Shown: positions 10,154-20,982, numbered from the stretch's first letter. The stretch is DNA of 64,000 nucleotides from Thermoanaerobaculia bacterium (GCA_963664405.1 OY761158.1:512001-576000); one strand, 5' to 3'. The notes: generated by a model from the sequence alone, not told the origin. Made by a program: numbers and translations.

Positions 10154-11392
10154 ATGGGTCAAGAACAGCAACGAAAGCCCGTCACCGACTGGGCCACCGA
10201 CTACGATGTCTTCGACCCAGCCTTCGTCGAAGACCCCTATCCCGCTTGGCAGGAGCTCCGCGGGCGCTGCCCGGTCGCCCACACCGAGCGCATCGGTGGC
10301 TCGTGGATGCCGACCACGATGGAGGACATCCGCGCGGTGGCCAAGGACGTCGTGCACTTCTCCTCACGTGAAGTGGGCGTCGTCCCTCCGCAGATCGAAG
10401 GCGAGCCAGAGGACTATGACCGGATCCCGGCACCGCCCATCCAAGTCGATCCCCCGGTGCACACCTGGAGTCGGCGGCTCATTCTCCCCGCCTTCTCGCC
10501 GCAGGCGGTCGCGGAATACGAGCCCTACACCCGCGATCTCTGCCGCTCCCTCATCGCCAACTTCGAGCACCAGAGCCACGCCGATGCCGCGCAAGACTAC
10601 GCACAGCAGATTCCGGTGAACATCATCGCCCGCCTACTCGGCATTCCCGCCGACATGAAAGACACCTTCACCGGGTGGGTACGCGACCTACTCGAGTTTG
10701 CCGGGGAAGACCCTGCCCGTGCTCAACAGGCCCGCAGAGAGATCTTCTCCTTCCTCGACACCCAGATCGAAGATCGGCTGCGGAATCCCGGAGACGACAT
10801 GATCTCTCAGCTGACGGCTGCAGAGGTGGAGGGTGAGCCTGTTGCGCGGAAAGTCGTTCTCGGCATCTGCGGCCTGCTGCTCATTGCCGGCATCGACACC
10901 ACCTGGAGCGGCATCGGTTCCTCACTCTGGCATCTGGCAACGCACCCTGAAGATCGCCGCCGCCTCGCCGCCGAGCCGGACCTGATCCCGACCGCGATCG
11001 AGGAGCTCCTTCGCGCCTACAGCCCTGTGACGATGGCGCGCGTGGTTACCAAAGACGTCGAATTCAAGGGTTGCCCGATGAAAGAGGGGGACAAGGTGCT
11101 ACTTCCCTTCCCCGCCGCAAACCGTGACCCCGAAGCCTTTGAGAACGCCGACCGGGTGATCATCGACCGCCAGCGCAACCGCCACGTTGCTTTCGGCGTC
11201 GGCCTGCATCGCTGCGCCGGTTCCAACCTCGCACGCATGGAGCTGCGAGTCGCAGTGGAAGAGTGGATGAAGGCGATTCCCGAGTTCGAGCTCGACACCA
11301 CAAAGAAGACCACCTGGGCGGGCGGCCAGGTCCGCGGCCCTCGCCGGATTCCTATCCTGTTCGCCGGCGTTGACCAAGGAGCTGAGGCATGA
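10154..11392 (+). CDS. Cytochrome P450
   Basis: AGIDTT I-helix, EELLR, heme motif FGVGLHRCAG. Confidence 0.95.
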   Translation: MGQEQQRKPVTDWATDYDVFDPAFVEDPYPAWQELRGRCPVAHTERIGGSWMPTTMEDIRAVAKDVVHFSSREVGVVPPQIEGEPEDYDRIPAPPIQVDPPVHTWSRRLILPAFSPQAVAEYEPYTRDLCRSLIANFEHQSHADAAQDYAQQIPVNIIARLLGIPADMKDTFTGWVRDLLEFAGEDPARAQQARREIFSFLDTQIEDRLRNPGDDMISQLTAAEVEGEPVARKVVLGICGLLLIAGIDTTWSGIGSSLWHLATHPEDRRRLAAEPDLIPTAIEELLRAYSPVTMARVVTKDVEFKGCPMKEGDKVLLPFPAANRDPEAFENADRVIIDRQRNRHVAFGVGLHRCAGSNLARMELRVAVEEWMKAIPEFELDTTKKTTWAGGQVRGPRRIPILFAGVDQGAEA

Positions 11393-11586
11393 AGATCTGC
11401 GTCGACCCCGAAAAGTGCGAAGGTCATAGCCGCTGCTATGCCCTAGCTCCAGAGCTCTTCCAAGTCGACGAGCTCGGCTACGCCACCGCGGCCAACAGCG
11501 GAGAAGTCCCCCAGCCACTGGAGGACAAAGCGCGCCTAGCGATCGACAACTGTCCCGAGTTCGCGATCGACATCGTCGAGGACTAG
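11389..11586 (+). CDS. Ferredoxin (P450-associated)
   Basis: CEGHSRC...NCPE; ATGA overlap with the P450. Confidence 0.9.
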   Translation: MKICVDPEKCEGHSRCYALAPELFQVDELGYATAANSGEVPQPLEDKARLAIDNCPEFAIDIVED

Positions 11587-11611
11587 ACCCCAGGCGCCCT
11601 TCGGCGCAGGA

Positions 11612-12580
11612 TCATGGAGCCGGGTTCCAGTCGTTGAGATGACCGACCATGGCTCCAAGGTTCGACTCGACCCGCACCGAAGCACCAGGGCGGCGCTGAC
11701 CTTCGATCGGCACCGAGGCCTGTCGCAAAACAAAGGCAGTACCTTCGAGTGTTCGACCGTCAGCAAGCGAGACCTGAAACGAGCGCTCACTAGGGCCGTA
11801 GGCATCGATGCTGAAGCCGTCGACCAAGGTGATTGCGTCAGCCTCCAGGAAGTAGCCCCATGGATCTGACGTGGGGCCCCGACGGGCGAGGAGCGCTATC
11901 TGCTCGGTAGCGCTCGAGCCCTGTACCGTGAAGTAGGTGAATGCCGGCGCGAAGCGAGGCCGAGTGCCGACCTGCTCGTGCCACTTTCCAGGCGCTCTCA
12001 GCTCGACCTCGCCACCAGGGAAGCTCACCTTCGCCGTCACTTCGCCAAACACCTCCCAGCGCCCGGCGCGTACGCGCACCCCTTCATGGCGGGCTCGAAA
12101 CTCCGCCTCGATGCGCAGCGGTTCGCCGCCACGACCGAGCGGCGGGTGGAGAGACTCGTGAGCCGGGGCCTCAGCGCTGATCGTGGCGACCATGGCGCTC
12201 CCTAGCCGGTCGCGACTCTCGACTACGGCACCCTCCCCGCCCTCGCCCACTGTAAAAGTGACTCGGTCCTCCTCGACCGGGGTCACACCGAAGAAGGGCG
12301 CGAGATCGAGGCCTTCGAAGGCGGCCGCATAGTGGCTCCCGCCGACAAAGGCCGACATCCACAGCGTCCCCTCACGCCTCCCGGGAAAGCGCGCGAGACG
12401 GAGGCTCATCTTCTCGCTGCCGTCGAGTGCCATCGCCATGAGGGCGACCGACTCGGCCCAGTCACCCGGGGGAGGCTCAGCAGGGGCAGGCGTAGCTGGG
12501 ACTGACGTAGGCGGTGACGGGCAGCCAAGCACGACAAAGATCGCGAGAAGGCTCGAAACCCGTCTGAGAGTGTGTCCCAC
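11612..12580 (-). CDS. Hypothetical lipoprotein
   Basis: Hydrophobic signal ending VLGC, followed by a Pro-rich linker. Confidence 0.55.
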   Translation of the reverse strand: MGHTLRRVSSLLAIFVVLGCPSPPTSVPATPAPAEPPPGDWAESVALMAMALDGSEKMSLRLARFPGRREGTLWMSAFVGGSHYAAAFEGLDLAPFFGVTPVEEDRVTFTVGEGGEGAVVESRDRLGSAMVATISAEAPAHESLHPPLGRGGEPLRIEAEFRARHEGVRVRAGRWEVFGEVTAKVSFPGGEVELRAPGKWHEQVGTRPRFAPAFTYFTVQGSSATEQIALLARRGPTSDPWGYFLEADAITLVDGFSIDAYGPSERSFQVSLADGRTLEGTAFVLRQASVPIEGQRRPGASVRVESNLGAMVGHLNDWNPAP

Positions 12581-12595
12581 CGGAATTAGAGAGCT

Positions 12596-13822
12596 CTAGC
12601 CCGCTCTTCCACCGGGTACATCGCTGAACGGCACGTCACGGTCGACGCGAATGTCGCCAGGAAGCTGTAGAACTCGTTCGGCGATGATGTTGCGCAGAAT
12701 CTCGTCGCTGCCACCTGCGATCCGACTGCCTGGAGCGTGAAGGAAAGCGTCCTGGTAGAGCCCGTCATCGGCTCCCTCCTCGACCAGAATACCGGCCATC
12801 TCCTGGAGGTCGATGCCGAAGCTGGCCAACGACTGAGTTTTCGAGGCCGCGACCACCTTCCGGATCGAGGCTTCGGGGCCGGGCGTGCCGCCTCGAGCTA
12901 GCGCAGTGACCATTCTGGCGCCGACCAACTCGAGCCCCTTCGATTCCACATACCAATCGGCGAGGCGTTGGCGAACTGCGCCGTTCTCCAGAGCCGAGCT
13001 GCCATCGATCTCGGTGCCGCGCGCGAGCTCGAGCGCGTGCGAGTAGTCCGGCGGCAGAGAAAGGGAAGATGCGCCCAGTCTCTCGTTCATGAGAGTGGTG
13101 AGGGCCACCGACCAGCCTTCGCCGACTTCTCCAAGCCGCTGTGAGTCCGGAATCCGGACGTTGGTAAAGAAGACTTCGTTGAAGTTCGAGGTGCCCGCGA
13201 TCTGTTTGATCGGGCGAGCCTCGACTCCCTCGGAGTGCATATCGAGAAAGAAATAAGTGAGCCCTTTGTGCTTGGGAAGGCTCGTATCGTGTCGCGTCAC
13301 CAGGATGCCGTAGTCGGCCAGATGCGCGTAGGTGTTCCAAATCTTCTGGCCGTTGACCACCCACTCGTCCCCGTCGCGCTCGGAGCGAGTACGCAGTCCG
13401 GCGAGATCCGACCCGGCAGACGGCTCGGAGAAGAGCTGACACCAGATCTCTTCGCCGCTCAGCAGCTTCGGCAAATAGCGGCGCTTCTGCTCTTCGGTGG
13501 CGTACTCCATCATCGTCGGAGCACAGAAGCCGAGGCCGATGCCGAAAAAAGCCGACGGCAGGCTGTATTTCGCTTCCTCCTGGGAGTAGATGATCACGTG
13601 AAGCCGGGAGAGGCCACGCCCGCCGTACTCCACCGGCCAATGAAGACCGGCCCAACCCGCTTCGGCCTTGCACTTCTGCCAGGCCTTCGCGCGAGCCAGA
13701 TCTTCCGCCGTTGCGGCGCCACTGCGACCACGCCGTGCAGTGTAGTTGGGTGCATTGGCCGCCAACCAAGCTCTCGCCTCGGCCCGAAACTCGGCCTGCT
13801 CAGCCGTATCGTTGAAGTCCAT
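12596..13822 (-). CDS. Acyl-CoA dehydrogenase family protein
   Basis: WCQLFSEPSAGSDLA, NGQKIW and IAGGSDEILRN motifs; start MDFND. Confidence 0.92.
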   Translation of the reverse strand: MDFNDTAEQAEFRAEARAWLAANAPNYTARRGRSGAATAEDLARAKAWQKCKAEAGWAGLHWPVEYGGRGLSRLHVIIYSQEEAKYSLPSAFFGIGLGFCAPTMMEYATEEQKRRYLPKLLSGEEIWCQLFSEPSAGSDLAGLRTRSERDGDEWVVNGQKIWNTYAHLADYGILVTRHDTSLPKHKGLTYFFLDMHSEGVEARPIKQIAGTSNFNEVFFTNVRIPDSQRLGEVGEGWSVALTTLMNERLGASSLSLPPDYSHALELARGTEIDGSSALENGAVRQRLADWYVESKGLELVGARMVTALARGGTPGPEASIRKVVAASKTQSLASFGIDLQEMAGILVEEGADDGLYQDAFLHAPGSRIAGGSDEILRNIIAERVLQLPGDIRVDRDVPFSDVPGGRAG

Positions 13823-13826
13823 CGCC

Positions 13827-14336
13827 CTATTCGAGGACGGACAACTGGAGCACGTTGGCCTGGGTCGCACCCACCATTGTCACGTGGATCTCGAACTGAT
13901 CGTGAGCAGGGCGCGCGTAGCCCAGAGTAGCCATGCCCTCGGTGGCCCCCTCGTTGACGAAGAGGACTCTCCCCTCTTCGACTTCTTTGAGCTTCATTAC
14001 CATAGGTTCGGGGCTACGAGGCTTGAAGCCCGCGTTCCACTGCTGGAGCCGAAGCACGATGCCGTCAGCCTCTTCTTCGATCGCGATGAACTCGAGCATG
14101 TTGGTCCTGCCGCCGCCAACCATGCGAACCGCGCTCACCAGAGACTTACCGGCCACCTGCGACCAACGCTCTTCGATCCAAGCTCCGTTACCGAGCTCAC
14201 CCCGCCAATCGCCGGTCATCCACGACAGCTGATCCAGAGTGGCGCCGGCACCGTCCTCAGCAACCGCCGGCGTGAGCATGCCTGTCAGCGCTAAGCCCAA
14301 GGCGAGACAGAGTAGGTTTCTTCTAGAAGTGAGCAT
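13827..14336 (-). CDS. Secreted hypothetical protein (DUF6265-like)
   Basis: Signal peptide, then LDQLSWMTGDWRG...IEERW; family assignment from memory. Confidence 0.55.
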   Translation of the reverse strand: MLTSRRNLLCLALGLALTGMLTPAVAEDGAGATLDQLSWMTGDWRGELGNGAWIEERWSQVAGKSLVSAVRMVGGGRTNMLEFIAIEEEADGIVLRLQQWNAGFKPRSPEPMVMKLKEVEEGRVLFVNEGATEGMATLGYARPAHDQFEIHVTMVGATQANVLQLSVLE

Positions 14337-14513
14337 AGCGGCTCCTTTCATTGATAAGCAGGCTAGGGAACGAGTTGACGCAAGGACGTTATCAGGAGAC
14401 GACCGCGGTGTTTCGACGCGCCCCGAAGCGTATAGGAAGCAAAGCCCAAGTGCGCCGTCCTCGGCGCCAAAAGACAACTAGGCGGAGGAAATGATAGCCA
14501 TCATTTCTGGAGC

Positions 14514-16424
14514 CTAGCTCGGCTTTTCGAGACTGATGCGCTGTACCGGCTTAGAGCCCATCCGCTTGCCGCGTGCATTCAAGCCGCTGCTCTCGAGCTC
14601 ACTCAGATCGAACCAGTCTTCTTTGCGGCGCTGGCGCTTGTGCGGAGCGTAGGTGAGGTGCACCACGCGGTCGGATTCACCCAGGAGAACCCGGTCCACT
14701 CGACTTCCTTCGCGCGCCAAGCGGTACTCCTTGTCGCGTATGAAACCCTTGATGTGCACTTTCTTCGCCCACGCCATCCTCTTCTCGTCACGATAAAGCA
14801 CGATAAGAACGGCGCCCTGGTCTTCGTCGAAAACCTCCAGCGCCTGGGCTCGTTTACCAACGAAGAGCTTTTCGGGCGAGCTCACGATCCGATACACGCC
14901 ATCGGCCGCCACCACCAGAATCTTGTCGAACTCGCTGGCGGTGATCGGGTACTTCGAACCGCGCACCGAGGAACCGAAGAAACCCGTGTCGGGGTCATAG
15001 CTCAGCTTCAGATCCTGGCGGGCGACTTCCTTCTTCGAGACCGTGTCGAAGCTGGTGATCTCGGTACGCCGAGGGTAGCGGGAACCGTACTTATCGAGCA
15101 GAGATTCCAGATACGCAACCGTAGTCGCGGTCAAATTCCGTAACTTGCGCTTGCAGAGCTTGATCGCGGCGACGACGTCTGTGATTTGCGTTCGGTTGCG
15201 CTCGATGTCGTAGGCCGAAATGCGGCGAATGCGGATCTCCAAGAGACGCTCGATGTCCTCCTCCACCATCTCCCTCACAAAGAGGGCGGAGTGCTCGTGC
15301 ATGCCGGCCCATACCTCGGCGCGCACCGCTTCGGCCGTCGAGGCTTCTTCGATCCCCTTGTACACCCGCTTCTCGATGAAGATCTGCTCGAGGGTCAGCG
15401 CATGCTGCCTGTCGTCGAGCTCACCGAGCTCGAGCTCGAGCTCGGCGCAAATCTGCTGGCGCAGCCGCTTGGTCAGCTTGTCGAGGATCTCACTGACCGA
15501 AAGATCGACGGGCCGGCCACTCTCGATCAGAATCGGGTTCGGAGTGATCGCGACTTCGCACTGGGTGTAGGCCCAAAGTTGCGGTACGACCTCATCGGCG
15601 TAGATCCCGCGAGTGAGATGAAGCACGATCTCTACCTTCTCGCCGGTGCGGTCTTCGATCGATGCCAGCTTCAGCTTTCCCTTCTGTGCCGCGGTCTCGA
15701 TCGATTGGATCAGGGACTCGGTAGTGGTCGAGAAAGGGATCTCGCGCACCGTGATCGTCTTGCGATCGCGAGCAACCTCGACGCGTGCCCGCACCCGGAC
15801 GCGACCACGGCCGTCAACGTACTCCGATGCATCGAGAAGTCCACCCTGCAGAAAGTCAGGCAAGGGCTCGGCCTGCTTGCCCTCCAAGAGTGCGATCTGG
15901 GCTCGCAGCAGCTCGCCGAAGTTGTGCGGCAGAATCCTGGTTGCCATACCTACCGCGATACCTTCGGCGCCGACCAGCAGCACCACCGGGAGCTTTACCG
16001 GCAGGAAGACAGGTTCATCCTTGCGGCCGTCGTAGCTCGGTTGAGTCTCGGTCAGCTTCTTGTTGAACAGAGTCTCGAGAGCCAGATCGGAGAGACGGCA
16101 TTCGATATAGCGAGCCGCCGCCGCGGGGTGGCCGGTCAATATATTGCCGAAGTTCCCCTGCTTCTCGATGAAGTACTCCTTGTTGGCCAGCACCACGAGC
16201 GCGTCGGAGATCGACGCATCGCCGTGGGGATGAAGCTTCATCGTTTCGCCGATGATGTTCGCCACCTTGTGGAAGCGACCGTCATCGAGCTCGGAGAGTG
16301 TCACCAATAGACGCCGCTGTACCGGCTTACAGCCGTCGCGGAGATCGGGGATTGCGCGGTCGACGATGACGTAGCTGGCGTACTCGAGGAAATTCTGCCG
16401 CATCAGCGGCTCGATCGACGGCAT
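14514..16424 (-). CDS. parC: DNA topoisomerase IV subunit A-like (short type)
   Basis: RAIPDLRDGCKPVQRR, HPHGD and catalytic AAARY motifs. Confidence 0.85.
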   Translation of the reverse strand: MPSIEPLMRQNFLEYASYVIVDRAIPDLRDGCKPVQRRLLVTLSELDDGRFHKVANIIGETMKLHPHGDASISDALVVLANKEYFIEKQGNFGNILTGHPAAAARYIECRLSDLALETLFNKKLTETQPSYDGRKDEPVFLPVKLPVVLLVGAEGIAVGMATRILPHNFGELLRAQIALLEGKQAEPLPDFLQGGLLDASEYVDGRGRVRVRARVEVARDRKTITVREIPFSTTTESLIQSIETAAQKGKLKLASIEDRTGEKVEIVLHLTRGIYADEVVPQLWAYTQCEVAITPNPILIESGRPVDLSVSEILDKLTKRLRQQICAELELELGELDDRQHALTLEQIFIEKRVYKGIEEASTAEAVRAEVWAGMHEHSALFVREMVEEDIERLLEIRIRRISAYDIERNRTQITDVVAAIKLCKRKLRNLTATTVAYLESLLDKYGSRYPRRTEITSFDTVSKKEVARQDLKLSYDPDTGFFGSSVRGSKYPITASEFDKILVVAADGVYRIVSSPEKLFVGKRAQALEVFDEDQGAVLIVLYRDEKRMAWAKKVHIKGFIRDKEYRLAREGSRVDRVLLGESDRVVHLTYAPHKRQRRKEDWFDLSELESSGLNARGKRMGSKPVQRISLEKPS

Positions 16425-16441
16425 CGCCTTCTAGCCCCTCT

Positions 16442-18289
16442 TCAAACAGTATCGGTGATCAGATGATCAACAATAAAGTCCCTGCGCTCCGGAGTGTTCT
16501 TACCCATATAGAAGTCCATCGCATGGGAAACTTCCGACATGGCCCGTATAAGCACAGGCTCGAGCCGGATATCGGCGCCGATGAATTGCTTGAGCTCTCC
16601 CGGTGAGATCTCTCCTAGGCCCTTGAAACGGGTGATCTCCGGCCCCTTGATGTGGGCCAACGCCCGATCGCGCTCTTCTTCGCTGTAGCAATAGCGCGTC
16701 TCCCGTTTATTGCGCACCCTGAACAGCGGGGTCTCGAGGATATAGACGTGACCTCGCACGACCAGCTCCTCGAAATAGCGCAGAAAGTAGGTCAGCAACA
16801 GGTTTCGGATGTGCATGCCGTCTACATCCGCGTCGGTCGCGATCACTACTCGGTTGTAGCGAAGATCGTCGACCGATTCCTCGATGCCGAGAGCGCGCAT
16901 GATGTTGTAGAGCTGCTCGTTGGTGTAGATGGCGTCACGCTTCTGGCTGTGGCAATTGAGAGGCTTGCCCTTGAGCGTGAAGATCGCCTGGGTGTCTACG
17001 TCGCGACTCTGCACCATGGAGCCACCGGCCGAATCGCCTTCGGCCAGAAAGATGGACGACTCTTCGGACTTGGCGTTCTTGTCACCGCGGTGGTACTTGC
17101 AGTCGGTCAATTTGGGGATGCGGATCGCCGTCTTTTTGGCCCGCTCGCGAGCCTGTTTCTTGACCGCGTTCAGCTCTTTTCGCAGGCGCTCATTGGCGGC
17201 GATCTTCTCCACCAGAGAGTCGGCTACCTTCTGGTTCTTGTGCAGCCACACCATCACCGCTTCCTTGACCGCCGGAACGATCCAGGAGCGAACGTCGGTC
17301 GATCCGAGCTTGTTCTTGGTCTGGCTCTCGAAGACCGGGTCCTGCAATTTCACCGCGACCGCGCCTACCAATCCATCGCGCACATCCGGGCCCGCAAAGT
17401 TTTTCTTGGCGTACTCGTTGATCCCCTTGAGTATGCCCTCGCGAAACGCACTCTGGTGGGTGCCACCGTCGTTGGTGTGCTGTCCGTTGACGAAGCTGTA
17501 GTAGCTCTCGCCATAGGTATTGGTGTGGGTGAACGCAAACTCGAATTGCTTTTCTTTGATGTGTACGATCGGGTAGAGCGAGGGCTCTTCGCCAAGCTCC
17601 TCTACCAGAAGGTCCGAAAGCCCCCCCGTGCTGCGAAAGCTGGTGCCGTTGTAGTTGAGGGTCAGGCCGCTGTTGAGGAAGCTGTAATAGCGCAGCCGGT
17701 GCTCGATGAACTCTTCGTTCCAGGAAAACTCGCCGAAAATCTCCGGATCGGGCGAGAACTCCACAAAAGTACCGTTCTTCGCCTTGGCGTCCTTACCGCC
17801 CTTTTCATGTAGCTTCTCGCCACGACTGAAGAGCGCCCGCTTGAACTTCCCTTCGCGGAAGCTGGAGACAGTGAAGTGCACCGAGAGCGCATTGACCGCC
17901 TTGGTGCCAACGCCATTGAGACCGACCGAGAACTGGAATACGTCGTCGTTGTACTTACCGCCGGTGTGCATCTCCGAGACACAGTCCACGACCTTGCCGA
18001 GCGGGATACCACGGCCGAAGTCGCGCACCGACAGAGTATTACCGTCAAGACGAATCTCAATCCGTCTCCCCGCTCCCATGATGAACTCGTCGATGGCGTT
18101 GTCTACGACCTCCTTGAGAAGGATGTAGATGCCGTCATCAGGGTGGGTGCCATCACCGATGCGGCCAATGTACATACCCGTTCGCAGCCGGATGTGCGAC
18201 AGAGGATCCAGGGTCTGAATCGCGTTTTCGTCGTATGTAATCGAGGTCTGCAGGGCCGGCTCCACAGTCTTCCTCCCGCCCGGACGCAT
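16442..18289 (-). CDS. parE: DNA topoisomerase IV subunit B-like
   Basis: EVVDNAIDE, DFGRGIP, EGDSAG, DADVDG and RFKGLGE motifs. Confidence 0.88.
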   Translation of the reverse strand: MRPGGRKTVEPALQTSITYDENAIQTLDPLSHIRLRTGMYIGRIGDGTHPDDGIYILLKEVVDNAIDEFIMGAGRRIEIRLDGNTLSVRDFGRGIPLGKVVDCVSEMHTGGKYNDDVFQFSVGLNGVGTKAVNALSVHFTVSSFREGKFKRALFSRGEKLHEKGGKDAKAKNGTFVEFSPDPEIFGEFSWNEEFIEHRLRYYSFLNSGLTLNYNGTSFRSTGGLSDLLVEELGEEPSLYPIVHIKEKQFEFAFTHTNTYGESYYSFVNGQHTNDGGTHQSAFREGILKGINEYAKKNFAGPDVRDGLVGAVAVKLQDPVFESQTKNKLGSTDVRSWIVPAVKEAVMVWLHKNQKVADSLVEKIAANERLRKELNAVKKQARERAKKTAIRIPKLTDCKYHRGDKNAKSEESSIFLAEGDSAGGSMVQSRDVDTQAIFTLKGKPLNCHSQKRDAIYTNEQLYNIMRALGIEESVDDLRYNRVVIATDADVDGMHIRNLLLTYFLRYFEELVVRGHVYILETPLFRVRNKRETRYCYSEEERDRALAHIKGPEITRFKGLGEISPGELKQFIGADIRLEPVLIRAMSEVSHAMDFYMGKNTPERRDFIVDHLITDTV

Positions 18290-18418
18290 CGCGGCTAAAT
18301 ATGGACCCTTAAAGGCTTTTCGTCGAAGGTCAAGACGCCTTCCATGTTATCAGCCTCAGACCGCGAGCGGGTGCCCATTTTCCTGCAAAAACGGCTGTTC
18401 TGAGCCGTCAGCGGTGCT

Positions 18419-19444
18419 TCAGGAGCCGCCTTCGGCGACCATCTGACGCGCCTCCGCAACGGTGCCGTCAGTGATCTTGACCCCGAGCTGGGTGATGGTG
18501 TCGGCGGCAAGCAGGGTGGCAAGCTCTCCGCACTCACGCAGAGACAGCCCGGTGGCCAGCCCGTGCAGAAAACCGGCGGCGAAGCAGTCGCCTGCGCCGG
18601 TAGTGTCGAGTACCTCGACCCGGCGAGCCGGCACGTGGATGAGCTCATCGCCGCTACCGATGTAGGCACCCTCCGCACCAGCGGTAACGACCGCGATCGC
18701 GCTGCGACGCGAGAGCTCGCGGGTCGCCGCGACTGGATCGGTCCCAGTCAGAATCCTGGCCTCCTCCGCGTTGGCAAAAACAACGTCGAGGCCCCGATCG
18801 AGCTGCTCCTCTATTACCTCTCGCGACCGCTCCACAACAAAGGGGTCGGCAAGATCCAGGGCCAGCTTGACCCCGGCTCCGCGGGCTACCTCGAGCGCCG
18901 ACTCGATGGCCTCGATCTGATTCGGCGAGTCCCACACATAGCCGGTGGTAAAGAAAAGTTTGCTCTGCTCGATGTCGTCTGTCGAAACGTGCGCGGGGCA
19001 ATAGTCCCGGCAGACTCCGAGGTGTGTGTTCATGGTGCGCTCGCCGTCCGGAGTGACCAGAATGACTGAGGTGGCCGTCAACCCGTCGACGCGCGCCAGC
19101 CGATTCCGTACACCGTGACGCCCGAGCTCGTCGGAGAACGTGTTTCCGTTCTCGTCGAACCCAACCGCGGAGCTGTAACTGGTTGCCGATCCTAGCCGCG
19201 AGGCCACGCGCAAAGCGTTCGCTCCGGAACCGCCGGCGGCGACCTCGGGGTCGAGGTTGCCGATGGCCTCGAGAATGCGACCTTGCTCCTCGGGCTCGAC
19301 CAGCTTCATGGTCCCCTTGGTGAGCCCGAGGGCTTCGACGTCAGAGTCCGCAGCCATCACCAGAAGGTCGAGAATCGCATTCTCGATACCCGATATGTCG
19401 AGCGGACGAGAGTGTAACGAGTCGGGAAGAAATCCTTGGCTCAA
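18419..19444 (-). CDS. PfkB-family carbohydrate/adenosine kinase
   Basis: GGSGAN, DGERTM and DTTGAGDCF motifs. Confidence 0.9.
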   Translation of the reverse strand: MSQGFLPDSLHSRPLDISGIENAILDLLVMAADSDVEALGLTKGTMKLVEPEEQGRILEAIGNLDPEVAAGGSGANALRVASRLGSATSYSSAVGFDENGNTFSDELGRHGVRNRLARVDGLTATSVILVTPDGERTMNTHLGVCRDYCPAHVSTDDIEQSKLFFTTGYVWDSPNQIEAIESALEVARGAGVKLALDLADPFVVERSREVIEEQLDRGLDVVFANAEEARILTGTDPVAATRELSRRSAIAVVTAGAEGAYIGSGDELIHVPARRVEVLDTTGAGDCFAAGFLHGLATGLSLRECGELATLLAADTITQLGVKITDGTVAEARQMVAEGGS

Positions 19445-19456
19445 GTCGTAATCTCC

Positions 19457-20047
19457 TTATTGCGGGCGAGCGCTCAGAATGCGCTCAAGCAAATCAGCAT
19501 CGTCCGGAAGCAAGCCTGAAGCCGGGAGGCGGCGAGTCAGCTCACGCCAGCGTTCTTCCTCGGCAAAGACTTCTGCAAAGATCGGCAGGGCCTCGTCGAC
19601 ACGGCCGGCGGTCGCCAATGTCAGCGCTTGCCAGTACCGCACTTCGACCTGCTCCGGGTAGAGCGCTGCCGCCGCAGCGTACTCTTCCAGGGCGCCGGGG
19701 ACATCCTCTTGCGCCAAGCGCTCGTCTCCGCGATTCATGTGCTCGTAGGCCCGGTGCACCTTTACCAGTCGCCGCAGCTCTTCCACCGGCCGAGGGTGAT
19801 CCTCGACCCGGAGATCCACGAGGCGCTCGCGCCAGGGAGCCCCCTCACTGACTCCAGGCACCACCAGGATCGCGGCTGATTGCATGCCACGGATATCGCC
19901 GCCCTCCTCCTGTGCCGCCTCCAGAGCCACGAGCAATCGTTCGACGATGTCGCCGGAGGAGGCTTCATACGCCTCGGCCATCGCCGGCCACACCGTCGCC
20001 TTCTCCATCATGTTCGCCTGCACAGAAAACTGGGGTCCGATCATCAC
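19457..20047 (-). CDS. DUF1028 (Ntn-hydrolase-like) protein with TPR tail, apparently N-terminally truncated
   Basis: FSVQANMM, GGDIRGMQSAA and DLRVEDH motifs present; the usual N-terminal segment is absent. Confidence 0.6.
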   Translation of the reverse strand: MMIGPQFSVQANMMEKATVWPAMAEAYEASSGDIVERLLVALEAAQEEGGDIRGMQSAAILVVPGVSEGAPWRERLVDLRVEDHPRPVEELRRLVKVHRAYEHMNRGDERLAQEDVPGALEEYAAAAALYPEQVEVRYWQALTLATAGRVDEALPIFAEVFAEEERWRELTRRLPASGLLPDDADLLERILSARPQ

Positions 20048-20982
20048 TCAGCCCCTCCACTCATCGCGTCGCGCAAGACTTCGATCAGCTCCCGAGAGGC
20101 CGCCTGACCACGTTCGATGAGGTGCCCCATGGAGAAGAAATTGTGGATCTGGCCTTCATAGCGATGATGGGACACCGAGACTCCAGCATCAGCGAGGCGG
20201 GCGGCGTAGAGCTCGCCCTCATCGCGAAGGGGATCGTACTCGGCGGTCGCCACATGGGCCGCCGGCAACCCCTCCAAGGTCTCAGCCAAAAGAGGTGAGG
20301 CCAGGGAGCTCTCCCCTTGAAGAGGGTCGTCCAGGTACTGCTCCCAGAACCACTTCATTCCCGCTCGGGTGAGCAGATAGCCCTCGGCATTCTCGATATA
20401 GGAGGGTCGATCGAACGCATGCTCGGCCACCGGACACAAAAGAAGCTGGAAGCACAGCGGCGGGCCATTGCGATCCCTGGCCATTTGCGCCACCACCGCA
20501 GCCAGGTTACCGCCGGCACTATCGCCGGCCACAGCCAGGCGGGCCGCGTCGATGCCGAGATCTTCCGCGTAGGCAGCTGTCCAGCAAGTTGCCGCGTAGC
20601 AGTCTTCGGGCGCAGCAGGGAACTTCCACTCCGGCGCCAGACGGTAGTCGACCGAGACGATGACGACACCCGCTCCTCGGCACAGGGAACGACAGAAGTG
20701 ATCGTGAGTCTCTACGTCTCCGATCACCCAACCGCCGCCGTGAAAGTAGACCAGTCCGCCGTGCGGGCCCTCGCCCGGCGGAGTGTAGGTCCGAGCCCTG
20801 ACCTCGCCTGCCGCTCCAGGCACACGACGATCTTCCACCCGCGCCACCGCCTCCCCCTCCCCAGTAGGACTCATATCGCGGTACATCTGGCGAGCGGCCG
20901 ACACCCCCATCTCTTCGAGAGCCGGGCCGCCGGCCGCACCGATGGCATCGAGCAGAGCCTTGGTTTGAGGGTCGAGGGGCAT
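20044..20982 (-). CDS. Alpha/beta hydrolase (HSL/Aes esterase family)
   Basis: HGGGW, GDSAG, DPLRDEG and catalytic His motifs; start MPLDPQ. Confidence 0.92.
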   Translation of the reverse strand: MPLDPQTKALLDAIGAAGGPALEEMGVSAARQMYRDMSPTGEGEAVARVEDRRVPGAAGEVRARTYTPPGEGPHGGLVYFHGGGWVIGDVETHDHFCRSLCRGAGVVIVSVDYRLAPEWKFPAAPEDCYAATCWTAAYAEDLGIDAARLAVAGDSAGGNLAAVVAQMARDRNGPPLCFQLLLCPVAEHAFDRPSYIENAEGYLLTRAGMKWFWEQYLDDPLQGESSLASPLLAETLEGLPAAHVATAEYDPLRDEGELYAARLADAGVSVSHHRYEGQIHNFFSMGHLIERGQAASRELIEVLRDAMSGGAE

